Shown here: piece after piece, positions 40,041-54,359 of the stretch | Numbering within the stretch: position 1 is the stretch's first letter | Layout: each line of letters starts with the position of its first letter | Assembly: GCA_964016885.1 (NCBI GenBank) | Contig: OZ024745.1 | Location: 55,242,001 to 55,306,000, forward strand | DNA length: 64,000 bases | Direction of reading: 5' to 3' | Source: Eledone cirrhosa | Lineage: Eukaryota | Translations under genes and position numbers: made by a program | The notes under the pieces: model-generated | What the model saw: only the letters and a program-made list of their open reading frames with translations | What the model was told of the DNA's origin: nothing | Databases searched by the model: none

Positions 40041-41264
40041 AAATATGGTTTTATAAATATAGTTTCTAAATAAGTGCGTCTAATATCGGGCGTATTTCTC
40101 CCGTAACATTGCCAATGTAGATATTCTGGAATTTGTCGCTACAGTCAGGCCGGATGACATCAGGGACGGATTAATATGTTCATTCTGCACGACACCTCGT
40201 CCCAGTCTGGATACACTTGGATAACAATACAAAATCAGACCCTTGGTCTACTTAACTGGTCTGACTGGCTAGCGATCCATGATGCTGCTGAATATCATGG
40301 ACCTGGCACTCCATTTGCGCTAAAAATCCACCGACCTGTCTTGCTCAATCGTTAAATCCTATTTCAGAATTTAGTAACCATCATTATTATCGAGGATTTC
40401 GACTCAATTACAGAGCTCTACTCTGATCCAGCTTCCGCAGTATCGACTAAAAAATAAGCATATGCAGCAGGAATATAAGAGTACGGTGTTGACGGACAGA
40501 TGATCTAATATGAAACGGTTGGGATTGGTGGTCAGTTATACGGATCACTGGAGAGATGTCGCTGTGCATTGAAGTATTCCAGCTTCTAAGGGAGGGACCT
40601 AAAACGGCTATTTGAAGACATCATCCAAGTTGCGATAGTCAACAATATGTAGAGATTTCGAGCGATGCAAATTGATCTCAACTCCATTAAAAAATTGTAT
40701 TAATCGCTACCGTCTTTATGAAGTATAGCCTGATGTAGGGCTTGTCGTGTACAGGCCTGGTGGGGGCTGGACAGTTATATACCACTTCACCTAGACATTC
40801 TACGGCAAATGGCCACATATTTGAGAGAACCTTGAGCCTAATTATAATTAGTTTGCAGGTTACAACATTTGAAATACTAACATATTTTTTTCTGGAAACT
40901 CCTCACTAATGTTACTATTCTCTCGCGTATAGTACGGGGAGGTCTCTCATTCTGTTGCGATTAGCAGTAGACAAATGTGAGGATATTGGCGAATAGTTCC
41001 GGCATATATAAGTCAAGATCGTACTATGGACCATCCAAAAATAAATATTTGTGCCTCGTACAACCGCTTATTATTGTTCATTGTCGGCTCTTTATGGCAC
41101 TCCACATCATCCATTGAGTGTCATGGTACTAGTTGTTATCTTAAGTGTTTTGTCTCTCTTGAATTGTTCGGGGTGACAGGTGTTTGAAACGCGGGAGAAA
41201 GCAATTTTGTTTGCATCGATTGCTTCATGATTATTTCAGTATCATTATCATCATCCTCATTATG

Positions 41265-41270
41265 AGTAGC

Positions 41271-41320
<50 letters not shown>

Positions 41321-41404
41321 CAGCAGCAGTATTATTATTATTAGTAGTAGTAGTAGCAGCAGCAGCAGGAGCAGCAGTAGTAGTAGTGGTAGTGGTAGTA
41401 GTAT

Positions 41405-41443
<39 letters not shown>

Positions 41444-41456
41444 CAGTAGCAGCAGC

Positions 41457-41506
<50 letters not shown>
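41265..41506. repeat. (AGT)n/(AGC)n microsatellite
   Basis: Direct reading; source of the poly-S and poly-L ORFs. Confidence 0.95.
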
Positions 41507-41507
<1 letters not shown>

Positions 41508-41810
41508 TGGGGGGGGGGGTTCTTTATAAGCACCACCTATATTATTTGTTGTTGATGTTATGGTGTTTATATTTTGCTTTACAAATTGTGTACCTCTCTG
41601 TGGATAACCGTCTGTTCAATTCGTCGCTTTCTCAAATCAAATTGAAAGCTCCATTTATTATTTAGCGCAGCTCTTGCATTTCAGTGGATATTTGACTGGT
41701 CATCGACAAACCCATTTATGTTAGACTTAAAGAAGTAAAAATTTCCAGAAAAACGTTACTAAAAAGGTAAAATGTGTAAAATGTGTATAAAGCGATCTGG
41801 AAAAAAAAAT

Positions 41811-41821
41811 GATAATATAAC

Positions 41822-41881
<60 letters not shown>
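41811..41881. repeat. (TAA)n microsatellite
   Basis: Direct reading. Confidence 0.95.
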
Positions 41882-42076
41882 TAGACAAGGGAGAGGCTAG
41901 CAAAAGATATAAATAGATTGACTTAGTGACCTGGCCAAGGCCAAACGACAATATCAACAAATATGGGACTGCTGGCTCACCCCTTCCTCACCAACAATAT
42001 AAAAAGCCCCGGCACCACCACCGACATAGCCAACAACAATAACAGCCAACTACAACAACAAGTATATTATATTATT

Positions 42077-42130
42077 GTAATGCACTGAGTGATTGCTGGC
42101 CTTGTGCCTGGAGTGGAGACAATTATTAAT
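42077..42130 (+). mobile_element. SINE 3' fragment
   Basis: GTAATGCACTGAGTGATTGCTGGCCTTGTGCC..ACAATTATT. Confidence 0.7.
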
Positions 42131-42139
42131 AATTTCATT

Positions 42140-45100
42140 CTTAAGCCACGCAATGCTCACATTAAAGAACCACTCATGATAATAACAATTTTAAAAAAAA
42201 CAACAAAAAGAAAACCCCGTGACCAAGAAATACCGGGATGGCGGCCGGCAGGGAATAGCCGTGTCTCTGGGGGAGAACGACCCCTCTAGTCTTGGTTGAC
42301 ACTCGTTCTAGAAGTGGTAACACGAAATGATTACCCCTTGGCGGATAAGGATAAAATGCGAAAAAATAAAGTAAATGTCTAATGATAAAATCTCATACCG
42401 GATCGGCCGTCACCCGGGTAAAAAACGGCCGCGTCGCTCAGAGAGGAACCAGACTGGGGTCGAAAAATCAGCTAATGGTTCAAACCTTCCCATCACTTCG
42501 GAGCTGGAGACCTCCCATAACCGGAATACTTCTACTGTTGGCCCTCCATGCTCACCACCAAGAAATCCAAAGTAAAAGAGAGAAAAATGGTCAAAGGAAG
42601 ATAATAAAGAAGGCCGTGAGGCTTTCTAGACTGCCATGTACTACCCATCAAATACATCGAATACAGAACAGACATATATCAACTGGAAAAAGAAGCATCC
42701 CGAAAACAGAGGCTATATTGACAGTAACAAACTAGCCAATATACGAAGAAATATTGTAAGAAAAAAGTTACTAACTGATATAGAAATTGATCAGATCAAG
42801 CTATTAGCACAAAGTCAGCGAAGGGAAAATGAAACATGTGTCAGTGAAAACGAGGTAAACTGTAACACTTCGAATCCCAGGGTTGGGGCGGAATCACTGG
42901 CAACAGAACAAATTAAAGAAAGGATCGAAAAAGTGGAGGGAGTGCATGCTCAGGATGAAACTCCAAATGAAAATAATGAGATCGTAAATGATAAGGAAAT
43001 GAATGAGAATGAACTTGCCAACTTGAAGGATGGAATTATGATCGAATGGATGAAAATGAAAGAATCTGACATGGGGCAACGAGACACCCTCCCTAAGATC
43101 CAGAATTCCAAACAGAACCAAAAGATAATACACAAGACTAACATAATTCTCAAAAACATTATCATCACAAACAAACTAAACATTACTGATTTAAATCATC
43201 TCTATTATGCATCGGCTAAAGTCACCACTCACTTATGTGGAGTGAAGATGAAAAAACAAAGGAATTCCCACAAGAAATCTACTTGGCAAGAGAACATCAA
43301 TCGCCAAATAAACCTTCTCCGATCTGACATAGAAATTTTAACAAACTATAAAGTAGGTGAACATGTTAAACAAACTAAACTTAGAAAATTGAAAAAAAGT
43401 ACAGTATAAAATCAACAAGTGACATAGACATGCTGATAGAAATAATCAAACAAAAAGTCTCGGGCAAAGCTGCTCGTATAAGGCGCTTTGAAAAACGATC
43501 TAGATTATATAAGGACAATAATATGTTCAAAAACAACCAAAGAAACTTCTACAGAAAAATTGGTAAGTCAACAATAACTGCTAAATCAATACCACCCAAG
43601 GAGGAAGTGCAAGAATTCTGGGAAAAGATCTGGGCCGAAGAAAAAGTTCATAACATACATGCCACATGGATAGACAGACAAATGAAAGATACAGCTCACC
43701 TTGAGGAACAAACATGGGAAAATATAACAGTTGAACAGTTGCGCTTGGCTCTAAGAAAAACCAGCAAATGGAAATCCCCAGGAAAAGACAAAATACAAAA
43801 CTTTTGGATAAATGCCTTCACAGAGTCTCATGAGCTGTTAGCCCAACTTTACAATGAAATAGTTAAGGAGCCAGAAAAGATACCTTCATGGCTAGTTAAC
43901 GGCATTACATTCCTGCTTCCGAAGAATGATGAGACAAACAATCCCAAAAATTACAGACCGATAACTTGCTTGACCACAATGTATAAAATGTTAACATCAG
44001 TCCTAACTGAATACACATATGACCACCTGATAACAAATGACCTATTTCCCATTGAGCAGAAAGGGTGTAAACGAGGCTCATATGGCTGTAAGGATCAGCT
44101 TCTGGTTAACAAAATGATACTGGAAGATTGTCATAATAGACACAAAAATCTATCGATTGCTTGGATAGATTATAAAAAAGCATTCGATAGTTTGCCACAC
44201 AGTTGGATTGAAAAATGTTTAGAGATTTTCAAAATATCCCCCGTTGTCAGGAGGTTTTTGTCATTCAGTATGAAGACATGGAAAACGACACTCCTTTTGA
44301 ATAGTGAAACAAAATCACTGGAAGCTGGAGAAGTTAATATTAATTGTGGAATTTTTCAGGGTGACTCTTTATCACCGCTTTTATTCTGCATCGCACTTAT
44401 ACCATTAAGTAAAATGCTCAATGAAACAAAACATTGATATAAAGTCTATGACAAAACCATTAATCACCTGTTCTACATGGATGACCTGAAACTATTTGCA
44501 AAAAATGATAGCAAGGGCTATTATCCACTGTGGAGCAGTTCAGTGATGACATTAAAATGGAGTTTGGACTAGATAAATGCGCCAAGTCAACGTTCACCAG
44601 AGGAAAGCTGCTGAAGAGTTCAGACATTAATCTTGATCGGGGGAACGTGATAAGAGAACTTGATCAAGAAACAACTTACAAATATCTAGGTGTTTGTGAA
44701 GGAGACGGAATCAAGCAGTCGACAATGAGGGAAAGGATAAGGAAGGAATGTTACCGCAGAGTAAGAGCAATCTTAAGAACGGAATTGAATGCAAGGAATA
44801 GGATCGATGCCATGAACACGCTTGCCATACCAGTAGTAACCTACAGTTACAATGTCATCAACTGGTCAAGCACAGTGATCCGTAGGCTCGATACAAAAAT
44901 TCGAAAATTCTTAACCATGCACAGAATGCATCACCCTAAGGCAGATATAGATAGAATATATCTCCCTAGGAAAGAAGGAGGACGTGGGTTAATCCAGTTA
45001 GACATTGCGTTGAAAACTGCAACAATTGGATTATCTACATATCTAAGGGAATCACATGATTGGATGATCAAACTCGTTTTGAAACACGAAAGCATCAAAA

Positions 45101-46186
45101 GATCATATTCCATTACAAAAGATGCACAAAGATACAGAAATGGACTACACATTTCAGAAGTCCCATTTACTGCTGAAATGGAAAACACAGAAAAAGCAAA
45201 GCAGGTAAAAGTAACTCCAAAGAAAGAACTGCTACAGAAACTGGCTAAGAAATGGCAAGAAAAGCCTCTGTATGGAAAATACCCAGAGCGAGCTAACAAT
45301 CCTGATGTTGACAAAACTTTAACCCATCAGTGGTTGGCATCCTCTGGACTGAAATCGGAGACTGAAGGACTGATTATATCGGCACAAGATCAGTGTCTGC
45401 CAACAAAAATTTACCAAGCCAACATAATAAAAAATGAGTGCAGCCCATTATGCCGTGTATGCAAAAAACAACCAGAGACCATTGACCATATAATTTCAAT
45501 GTGCAGTCCTATAGCTCCAACCGAATACCTAAACAGGCATGACAGAGCTGCACAATACATACATTGGATAATGTGTAAGCATTTTGACCTGCCCCATCAA
45601 AAGAATTGGTGGGAGCATCAACCACCTCCCATACTTGAAAAAGATCACATCTCAATCTTGTGGAACTTTAGCATCCAAACAGACCGAAAAATAGATGCAA
45701 ACAGACCTGATATAATATTGAAAGACTTTCAAAAGAGGGTATGCCTGCTAATTGATATGTCTGTTCCAATAGACAAGAATGTATCTATAAAAACATTTGA
45801 AAAATTGAGCAAGTATAAGGACCTGGAGATAGAAATTGGAAAAATGTGGAAATTGAGAACTAAAACAATACCAGTGGTTGTAGGCGCTCTGGGAATGATA
45901 CCTAAGGGGTCTAATGATTACATATCGCAAATCCCAGGAAACTCGCGTATAGGAGAAATACAAAAGATAGTATTAATGGGAACTGCCCATATACTAAGGA
46001 AGATTCTGTCAATATAAGTACATCACAAATCTAAACACTAAAGATGCATGTGTGAATATGTATGTTCTTTCTTGAACATGGCGGACCTTGTTGTCTCTTG
46101 AGGTCACTGGTTGTGACTTGGTGATAACTCGTATGAACATAAAGCAAGATAAATGCAACTGTAATAATAATAATAATAATAATAAT
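42140..46186 (+). mobile_element. Near full-length R4/Dong-like RLE LINE
   Basis: Single ancestral ORF in pieces; short 3' UTR and (TAA)n tail; 5' boundary approximate. Confidence 0.92.
42382..46017 (+). pseudogene. R4/Dong ORF (RT, CCHC knuckle, restriction-like endonuclease) with frameshifts and one in-frame TGA at 44435
   Basis: WKSPGKD, NYRPITCL, WIDYKKAFDS, GIFQGDSLSP, HLFYMDDLK, CRVC..ETIDHIISMC, RHD, NRPDII, KYKDL. Confidence 0.92.
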
Positions 46187-46690
46187 GGTATGAGCATAAG
46201 CCAGAGGCGGTGATGGAGAACGATCAGGTGAAGGCGCTGTGGGATTTTAGGATACAGACGGACAAGAAAATGGAACACAATAGACCTGACCTGGTGGTTG
46301 TGGACAAAGAAAAAAGATCGTGTCTGATTGTGGATGTGGCCTGCCCATTCGATACGAGAATGCAAGAGAAGGAGAGGGAGAAAATTAACCGATACCAGAA
46401 CTTAAAGTGGGAGGTAAAAAGGATTTGAAACTGCCATTAAGTCAAAGTGATCCCGATTGTCATAGGCGCACTGGAGACTATCTCCAAAGGTTTCCAGGGA
46501 TGGTTAAAGAAAATAGACCCCTTCACGCTTTTTGGAACGCTTCAAAAGGCATGCTTGCTGGGAACAGCAAGAACCCTCCGATACGTCCTGAATATCTGAG
46601 GCTGCAGGTAGTGGCTTGATATTCATTCCAACGGACTTTCCAGTTAACTAACATCAATGACTGAGATTCAAGGAATAATAATAATAATAA
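46187..46690 (+). mobile_element. 3' fragment of a second Dong-like family (same family as 23312-25153)
   Basis: LWDFRIQTDKKMEHNRPDLVVVDKEK..DVACPFD; 3' UTR homologous to 23330-23410 (rc). Confidence 0.9.
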
Positions 46691-46691
46691 T

Positions 46692-48012
46692 AATAATGGT
46701 TTCTTTATTGGCCACAAGGGCTGACATGAAGAAAAACATTAGAGACAGCACACACAGTACAGGACGATACAAAGTGGGTTTTGGTCGTGTAAACAGGTTA
46801 TAACAAAATCGGGTTAGAAATCCAAAAAATTCAAACAATACAAATTCCCCAAGAAGGGGGAAACCTCCGAGGGTCACTCGTGGTTAAAACCACAGAAAAG
46901 ACCACGGCCACCCTGACCACCAGGGCAAGCGCCCTCTCTCACTTTTCCACTCCTCAGTCTACAGGCGCATAATCAGAGCGGGCCCGTTCACTCGGACCAG
47001 ACCCGCCACTTTCACCCACCTTTCATCAAACTTACTAGAAGATAGCACTTTCCTCTCCACCCTGATTTTCCTCTTCAAGTGAAACTTGAAAAAGTTAATT
47101 AGGGATTCGCCGGAGAGTAAAGTGTACGTCTTCAACTCTTTCAACCTTGTCCACCACACAATCTCTTTCGCCATGGCCACTAGGCAGATGAAAACCGCCT
47201 CCCCTTCCTCCTCTTTAAAGGAGGATGGCCGGGCTATGTGCACAATGGACTCAGTCAATAACCGGATCCGTCCTACACACTACAGCAGCTGTTCTACATA
47301 GCTCCACAAGTCAGCAATCCTCGGGCACTGAAAGAGTGCGTGTAGGACGGTTTCGTCGCCCTGCGCGCATCTCGGACAGGTTCGGCTGACAGTACCCCCT
47401 TGCCTGTAGATATCCCGAACCAGCAAAGCTCCCCGGTAGCACTACCAGGCCATGGATTTCTGGACGTTATCCATAGGCCCCGTTCAGAAAGTTCGCTTGA
47501 AGAGAGCGAACAGCTAATCATCTTCGACGCCCAGCGTCTCCCTAAGAACGTCGTCGCTCTTTCCATCCACTGGCCCTCTATAGAACACCGAGGTGGATGT
47601 TCCACCGATACTAGTACCCAGCTGGTAGAGGGCGGTGGGTGCTTGGAGACATTCCATCTTCCAAGCCCTATCCCTCGGTCTTTTGCTGATTCAGGACAGT
47701 AGCTCCGTCAAGGAGGCGAGCCGGGGAAAGGCGCGTCTCGCAAACGGCGACCACACATGTTCACCGTCAAGGAAGCACCAGAGATGTCGCAGCCTCAGCG
47801 CGCGTTTGCGCATCATCAGCCACGGCATGCCTAGTTCTCCACGCAACGGGTGTTTACGGCAAATGGATCGTCTGACCACGAGAGCACGTTCCTTCCACAA
47901 AAAGCGTGAGAGAAGGCGCTCCATTTTGATCAGAGTTGGGCGGGAGCAAGATACGACGGTCAGGCGGTAGCAGATGACGGACGTTATGTACACATTCGCC
48001 ACCTCCGCCTTC
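46692..48012 (-). mobile_element. Tx1/L1-clade LINE 3' fragment
   Basis: Homologous to 25552-26900; 3' end AATAAAGAAACC(ATT)n. Confidence 0.9.
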
Positions 48013-48757
48013 ACTATAATTTAACAAATCTGAAGCGATCACATCATCTTCATGCACGCAAGCGAGTGAAAATCACAATCTTCTAATAAACCCTCCTCCT
48101 TATACATATAAGGCACTAGCCTGAAATAAAATTTTTAAAATCCTCAACCCTCACAGGAATAAACAACCAGACGGCTCCAATTACGGATATGTTTGTGAGA
48201 AACGTCAACAGGTTGCAGCTAATGAATTACGTAATTTCTAAATTATTCTGCACTTCTACACCAGTGTGCAATTGACATTGCATTAACACATAATTAAATA
48301 TAACAACCACGCACTAGTTTTATACACTGTTTCAATACAGCCTAACTCAGAATACAGAGGCAATAAGGCATATCACAGGCTTAACCACCAGGACCCGAAC
48401 TGACACAAACGAAATTGAAATAACTCATTATTATTATTATGCAAACCCCGTCTAAACAATTGGTGCCGTTGAAAAAAGAATGAAGGAAACCACAGACACA
48501 GGGATTGAATTTCCAGTTCAATACAAAAAGAAGCTAATAATGAAGAAAATGAAACAGCTAATAATGAAGACTACAAGTATCTAATTATGGACAACAAAAA
48601 TGTAACAGCATTTTAAAACAGGTATACACAACAAATATATATATATGTTGAAATATTAACGTCATCTTACACATAAAAATCTTGTAGAAGCTATATACCG
48701 TAATACATGTGTACTAGATCTTATTTCATTTGTTTACCTGACGAAGGATACAATCAT

Positions 48758-48933
48758 AATTGTTTCTACTTTAGGCACAAGGCCAGCAATTACCCAGAGT
48801 GCATTACTGATACTTTATTTTATCGACCCCGTAAGGATGAAAGGCAAAGTCAACCTCGGCGGGATTTGAACTCAGATCGTAAAGGGACGTAACTATGCTG
48901 GAAAGCATGGCGTCCGACCCTCTACCGATACTG
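48758..48933 (-). mobile_element. SINE copy
   Basis: Family sequence; TSD AATCATAAT on both sides. Confidence 0.9.
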
Positions 48934-49425
48934 AATCATAATGAGTGCCGGTGATTGACCTAAAACATTATGCTATATATTAATTCGGTACGTTAGCATA
49001 AACTTTTCATTTTGTTCTATGAACAAAACGTTATTGTGAAATATACTAATATAATTACCTATCAGTTATCAAACTATTCCTCTGGAAAAGACTTTTACAC
49101 ATTGTAATGTTTCATCAATTCGGTTGTTTATACGTTATACGTATCGTATACCATTAACACCAACGTGAACAAGCGTCTAAGAGACTGTCGTTTCATCACC
49201 ATACTGTCGAATACGGAGTACCAGTAAATGTAATCATTGACTATGTTTAACACCAAATAAGACTCTGATATGTGTTCTTGATGGCATGGAGTATTTCTAG
49301 ACTCAAACATGCATATTAGAATAACATAAAATGAATAGAAATTAATGTATATCTCGCAACTAAAATGGAACATTTCTCACTTACTTAATCTACCAATGTA
49401 TTTTATATCCGACTGTACGTTATCA

Positions 49426-49583
<158 letters not shown>

Positions 49584-51199
49584 TGATCATTTGTGTGTGT
49601 TTATGCGTGTGTGTGTATCATTTTCACAGTTCCCATTAATTTCATTCAGTTCTATGACCTCACACTACATTTTCTGTCACTGATACTGTATCTTACAGTA
49701 ACAGATACATACAGCTGAAGCTGCGTCAAACCAACGATCTGTTTTACGTCTAATTCAAACATTATAAGTATTAATTGATAGACGATAAACAATGATTCAG
49801 CCCTAACATCAATTGAATTTAGGATGTAACGTTTATACCACTGTGTTATATCAATGTTGCATACATTATTTCTATTAAATTAACTAGAATCATGATCGTT
49901 TCTGTGAATCGTTAATGTTATCATCACATGCTTGAACGTAATTACAGGCTTTCATTCCCATAAGAAATTCAATTGTGATCGCTAGATTACTGTCATATTG
50001 TGACAAACTCTTGATCATTCGAGAAACCAACTGGGAACGCTTAACGTTGAAAGAAAATTTAATTGGATTTGTTTTGAAACAATGTATACTTCATCATTCG
50101 AAAAGATGGATTTTGTTATCCATCAAGGATTCTTGCAATTCCTTCAGAGAATTAGGTGTAAAATAATTATCATGGCGCATTTTCGCTCAACACTAAATAC
50201 AGTTTAACGACTTTAATAATGTTGTAATTCAATTTCATCCCATTGTAAGATAACTGAAATTGTCCTTTAATCGTTAGAAACTAGAGTATCTACTATTCGA
50301 TCATTAATTCCTATAATGACTTCTTCTATCCATGCGCCAACCTTAATGTTTCTAGGTAATCATTCGTTCACTTGTAAAGTATAAAAAGCAAATAAATTTA
50401 CTTGATTTTGAGACAAATACTTTACAAAATGATTCGAGTAGAAAGAAATATGTGATATTTACATGTCGGGAAATATTTTGCATCTAGAAAAATATACATA
50501 AATATCATTATCATGCGGATGTCTACAAATAGGAAAGTGAACATATACTACAAGATACGCAAATCTCATGTAATGTCTTTTCAACTACATTCTATGGCAT
50601 ATCGTTTTGTCACTCTCTTTCTCTCCAAATTTTAACATACACACTCCACATGCACACTCGAACAACAAACATACACACATTTATATATATAATATATATA
50701 AGTATGTATATATTTATAATATATTATATACCTTACATTTATATATAGTTAAAACATATACACGACAAACAATGAGCTCCAAAGATACAGTTTTATCAGT
50801 TGCAGGCATTGGAAGAAGAAAATGAGTATTCCCACTCATATGAGATAAGTGCTTTTTCAGGAAATAGTAAGCTCAGAGAGAGTGAGAGAAAGGATAAAAC
50901 AACGGTATTTGGAAAAAAAGATTAAGAAGGCTTGGTGAGGGATGGGTGGTAGTCTGGCCTGCTAGAGATGGGACTGCAGTGGTGTGTCATGGGGTGTCAT
51001 GGGTGATAATACGTATGAGCAGATTGAAGGTATTTCGTGGTATGGCTATTGTTTGTTTGTGTATATTCTTGGTTTGTGCATCATTGATGAATGTGCACGT
51101 GCGTGTTTATCTGCGTGTATATATGAATTTGTATGTACTTTTCTCTTGTTTGTATTCACGTGTGTGTTTCATTTGTTATCTCGTTGATGGAAGTGTTCG

Positions 51200-51630
51200 T
51201 TTATAGCCGTCCTAATATCAGAGTATTTTCAGATGAAGCATTGGTCTCCGGCGATAAATTCCCCGCTGCCAGGCCCGCCCATGTGATGATGTAGTGTGGT
51301 ATCGCGGGTGATAGCAGGGTGGCTGCTGAAGAGCGAAGGAGTAACAGGATATTCCATGTGGCAACACGAATTTTCTGGCCTAAATCAATTTCTCGTTGAT
51401 GGGGAATATGCAGGGTCCGTTCCGATTGTGGGCAGTCTGGTTTCTTCTGGTCGGTTTCGTAACATATTAGTGTTCTTGTGGCCCGGTTGTTGGCCCTCCG
51501 CAGAATAATCGGAGATCGGCGTGCGTAGGGTGGCTCTACCAAGAACAAAGCTCTAGGCAATAACGTTGCCTTGGATATACGGAACACACGCCTCCACGCC
51601 ATGAAAAGGCTAGACCTCAGAAAGGGTAAA
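51200..51630 (-). mobile_element. Old RTE-type LINE 5' fragment (APE N-terminus)
   Basis: KIRVATWNI..L resembles the endonuclease start RVATWNVRTL. Confidence 0.45.
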
Positions 51631-52167
51631 TATTGCTATTATTAATCAACAAAAAAACATTTCTGAATATATCCAACTTGTGTCCTATACAAATGAAGCT
51701 ACGAAAATATATAATATAAATTTAGTAATTACATTACAAATCAAACCCGACGGCACTTAAAACGGAAATTATTATGAGATGGATGACAAAAATATTGATT
51801 CAAATTTTCCTGTATATATGCAGATAAACAAATACTCGAGTTGGCGTAGCCTGGCACTTATATTTTTAAATAATCTTTGTCAGGAATTGCTGCACAAAAT
51901 TAAATCAATTGCCTTTTTATTCAAACAGAATACTTTCTGCCACGAAGGATGATTATTACACTGAAAATGATTTTGATTATTTATTTGAAAGTTTACTTTT
52001 TTCTAATCGGAAAAAAAATGCTATTGTCGTTAAAAAGAAATCTAGAAAATAAAATATTACAAATTTACGTGTTTCATGGTTGAAAATGTTCTGCTATATT
52101 TCCAAGCAATACCTTTATTCGTTTTATATTGACACTTAATGCTGTTATTTGTGTACGTATACTTAAT

Positions 52168-52434
52168 ATTTGTTTCTACTTTTGGCACAAGGCCAACAAT
52201 TTGTAGTATAGTTAATAATGGTTTCTTATATAGGCACAAGGCCAGACATTTTGGGAGAGGGGTTAGTCGATGAAGCGACCCCAGTGCGTGATTTGTACGT
52301 TACTTTATCTACCCCGTAAGGATGAAAGGCAAAGTTAACCTCGGCGGGATTTGAACTCTGATCATAAAGGGACGTAACTCTATGCTTCAAAGCATGTTGT
52401 CCGACGCTCTTCCGATATTGTCAATCGACCGCCC
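52168..52434 (-). mobile_element. SINE, longer subfamily with two tail copies
   Basis: Family head and central domain plus an extra GGGGTCGC..TCGACTAACCCC segment; imperfect TSD TGTACGTATA.TTAATA. Confidence 0.85.
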
Positions 52435-52926
52435 TGTACGTATAGTTAATAATAGAGTTGAAAGTAATTATCCATTAAACATAGTTAAGTATCGTGCAAT
52501 ATATAAAATATTTTAAGACCCACTGTGATTAAAATTATGCAAATAATTCGCTTTAATATACTTTTCAAAATACGGCCCACATTTAAATAATTTGTGCCCG
52601 TTAGTCTTACATATGTGGAAGTAATGTCATCTTGCGTTCAATCGATTGTAGAACTTGACTGCAGCAGTTGGCCTCGTCGATAATTAATATACAACGGCAA
52701 AAAGAAATGTTAATTACTTTCCGCGAGAACCAAATTACCTATCGCGTTTTGCAATTTAATATGTTTTCTTCAAGTACATCGGTTACAGTATTGTGTAATC
52801 TATCGAAAGTATTTCCCGTAATTCAGTGAGCCCATCCAATGAAAATCGGGATGTCCTTTATGAAAATATTATAAATTGTTGCCATTATTATTCATACATT
52901 ATATAGAATTATTAATATACACAATA

Positions 52927-53113
52927 GGGCGGTGGATTGGCAGTATCAGTAGAGGGTCGGACGCCATGCTTTCCAGCATAGTTACGTCCCTTTACGATCT
53001 AAGTTCAAATCCCATCGAGGTTGAATTTGGCTTTCTTCCTTACGGGGTCGATAAAATAAAGTACCAGTAATGGACTGGGTAATTGCTGGCCTTGTGCCTA
53101 ACGTAGAAACAAT
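52927..53113 (+). mobile_element. Full-length SINE copy
   Basis: GGGCGGTGGATTGGCAGTATC head, GTTCAAATCC B box; TSD ATTAATATACA. Confidence 0.9.
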
Positions 53114-54214
53114 TAATATACATAAGTGTATCATATTTTCATTTGTACATAAAGCAATATATCTTCCTTGAATTATGTGCTTGGCAACTGTCATATAAAT
53201 ATGAGCCTATTTTGGGGAAGATCTCATCTTTCAACTATAAATTTCATAGGCTCAGTTTCACTTCCCTTTGGATAATATGGATTTCGGCTAACGCACATCT
53301 TTCAGCTCCTCCTCAAACCACTTTCAAAAATCAGATACCAAATTATTTGAGATCAAATTATGTAGGTTGTAAATATTTGTAGGAAATCATTAATTCCCAT
53401 TTCTGCATTGCAAATTATTCCAATATAATTAATTCTGTTTAATCGAGATAACTTCACATTTAATCAACAAAGCAGAAATGGTTTGTATACTACCTAATAG
53501 GAAATAACACGCGTCACTAAACCTAAAAGTTACTCAACTGTTTCATAGTATTCTGGCTTATCAAACATGCATTTTATGCTCATAATTCTTGAATTTATAC
53601 TCATGTGGGAAATAAAATATTACATACAGAAAAGAGCAGAATTGTTGATAAAAGCATGCACATAAAATATGTTTGCAAGAATGTCCCGAAAACGTGAGTG
53701 TAAATTGTTAGCGCGTATATAATTAAAATGTCAAAAATGTCTAGAAATTTGGTTAGAACCTCTACCAAATCGAGCGAAAGAAACTCTTTGCATTCTAAAC
53801 ATAGAATAATGAATTATTTTAGAAATTATTGCAATGATTTTGTCTATGTCAAGTAACAATGATTAACAAATTTACGTTTCAACTGATATTTCTCAAACAA
53901 AAAACAGCACTTACGCACACACATACACGCAGCGCACACTGACGCACTGAATATATATCCCCCTCCATATATATATATATATTGCCCTCAGATTCATGTT
54001 TGTGTTGTATTTCCGTCTCCACAGTCAGTCTGCTAATCAGATTTATATAAAAATATTGTTTTATTTTTTATCTTCTTGGCTCAACTTTTTTTCAAAGGTG
54101 AAGCATTCATTTTTCTTTTTCTAATAGTTAGAATAATTTCGAATCGCCACACCTGCATAAACACCCACGCCAGCAATGTTGTCCAAAGGAAACGCAATGA
54201 CTGATACAACTTGG

Positions 54215-54277
<63 letters not shown>

Positions 54278-54297
54278 GATTGGTACTCTGAAATAAC

Positions 54298-54359
<62 letters not shown>

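Larger units (their letters stand above)
37520..40066 (-). mobile_element. 5'-truncated PLE (family C) with an inverted copy of its terminal repeat; arms ~37520-37815 and ~39770-40066
   Basis: Arms are reverse complements; the interior holds a GIY-YIG ORF and an AT-rich UTR with (AAAAATT)n. Confidence 0.88.

Noticed and set aside
40100-40850. Possible old LINE endonuclease remnant (IIIEDFDS); similar faint LINE trace at 48250-48600
   Set aside because: Too degenerate to assign by eye
44435-44437. In-frame TGA in the Dong RT as possible recoding
   Set aside because: The copy also has frameshifts; simple decay (probably from GGA) is sufficient
52927-53020. tRNA gene
   Set aside because: The A and B boxes belong to the SINE head; no cloverleaf
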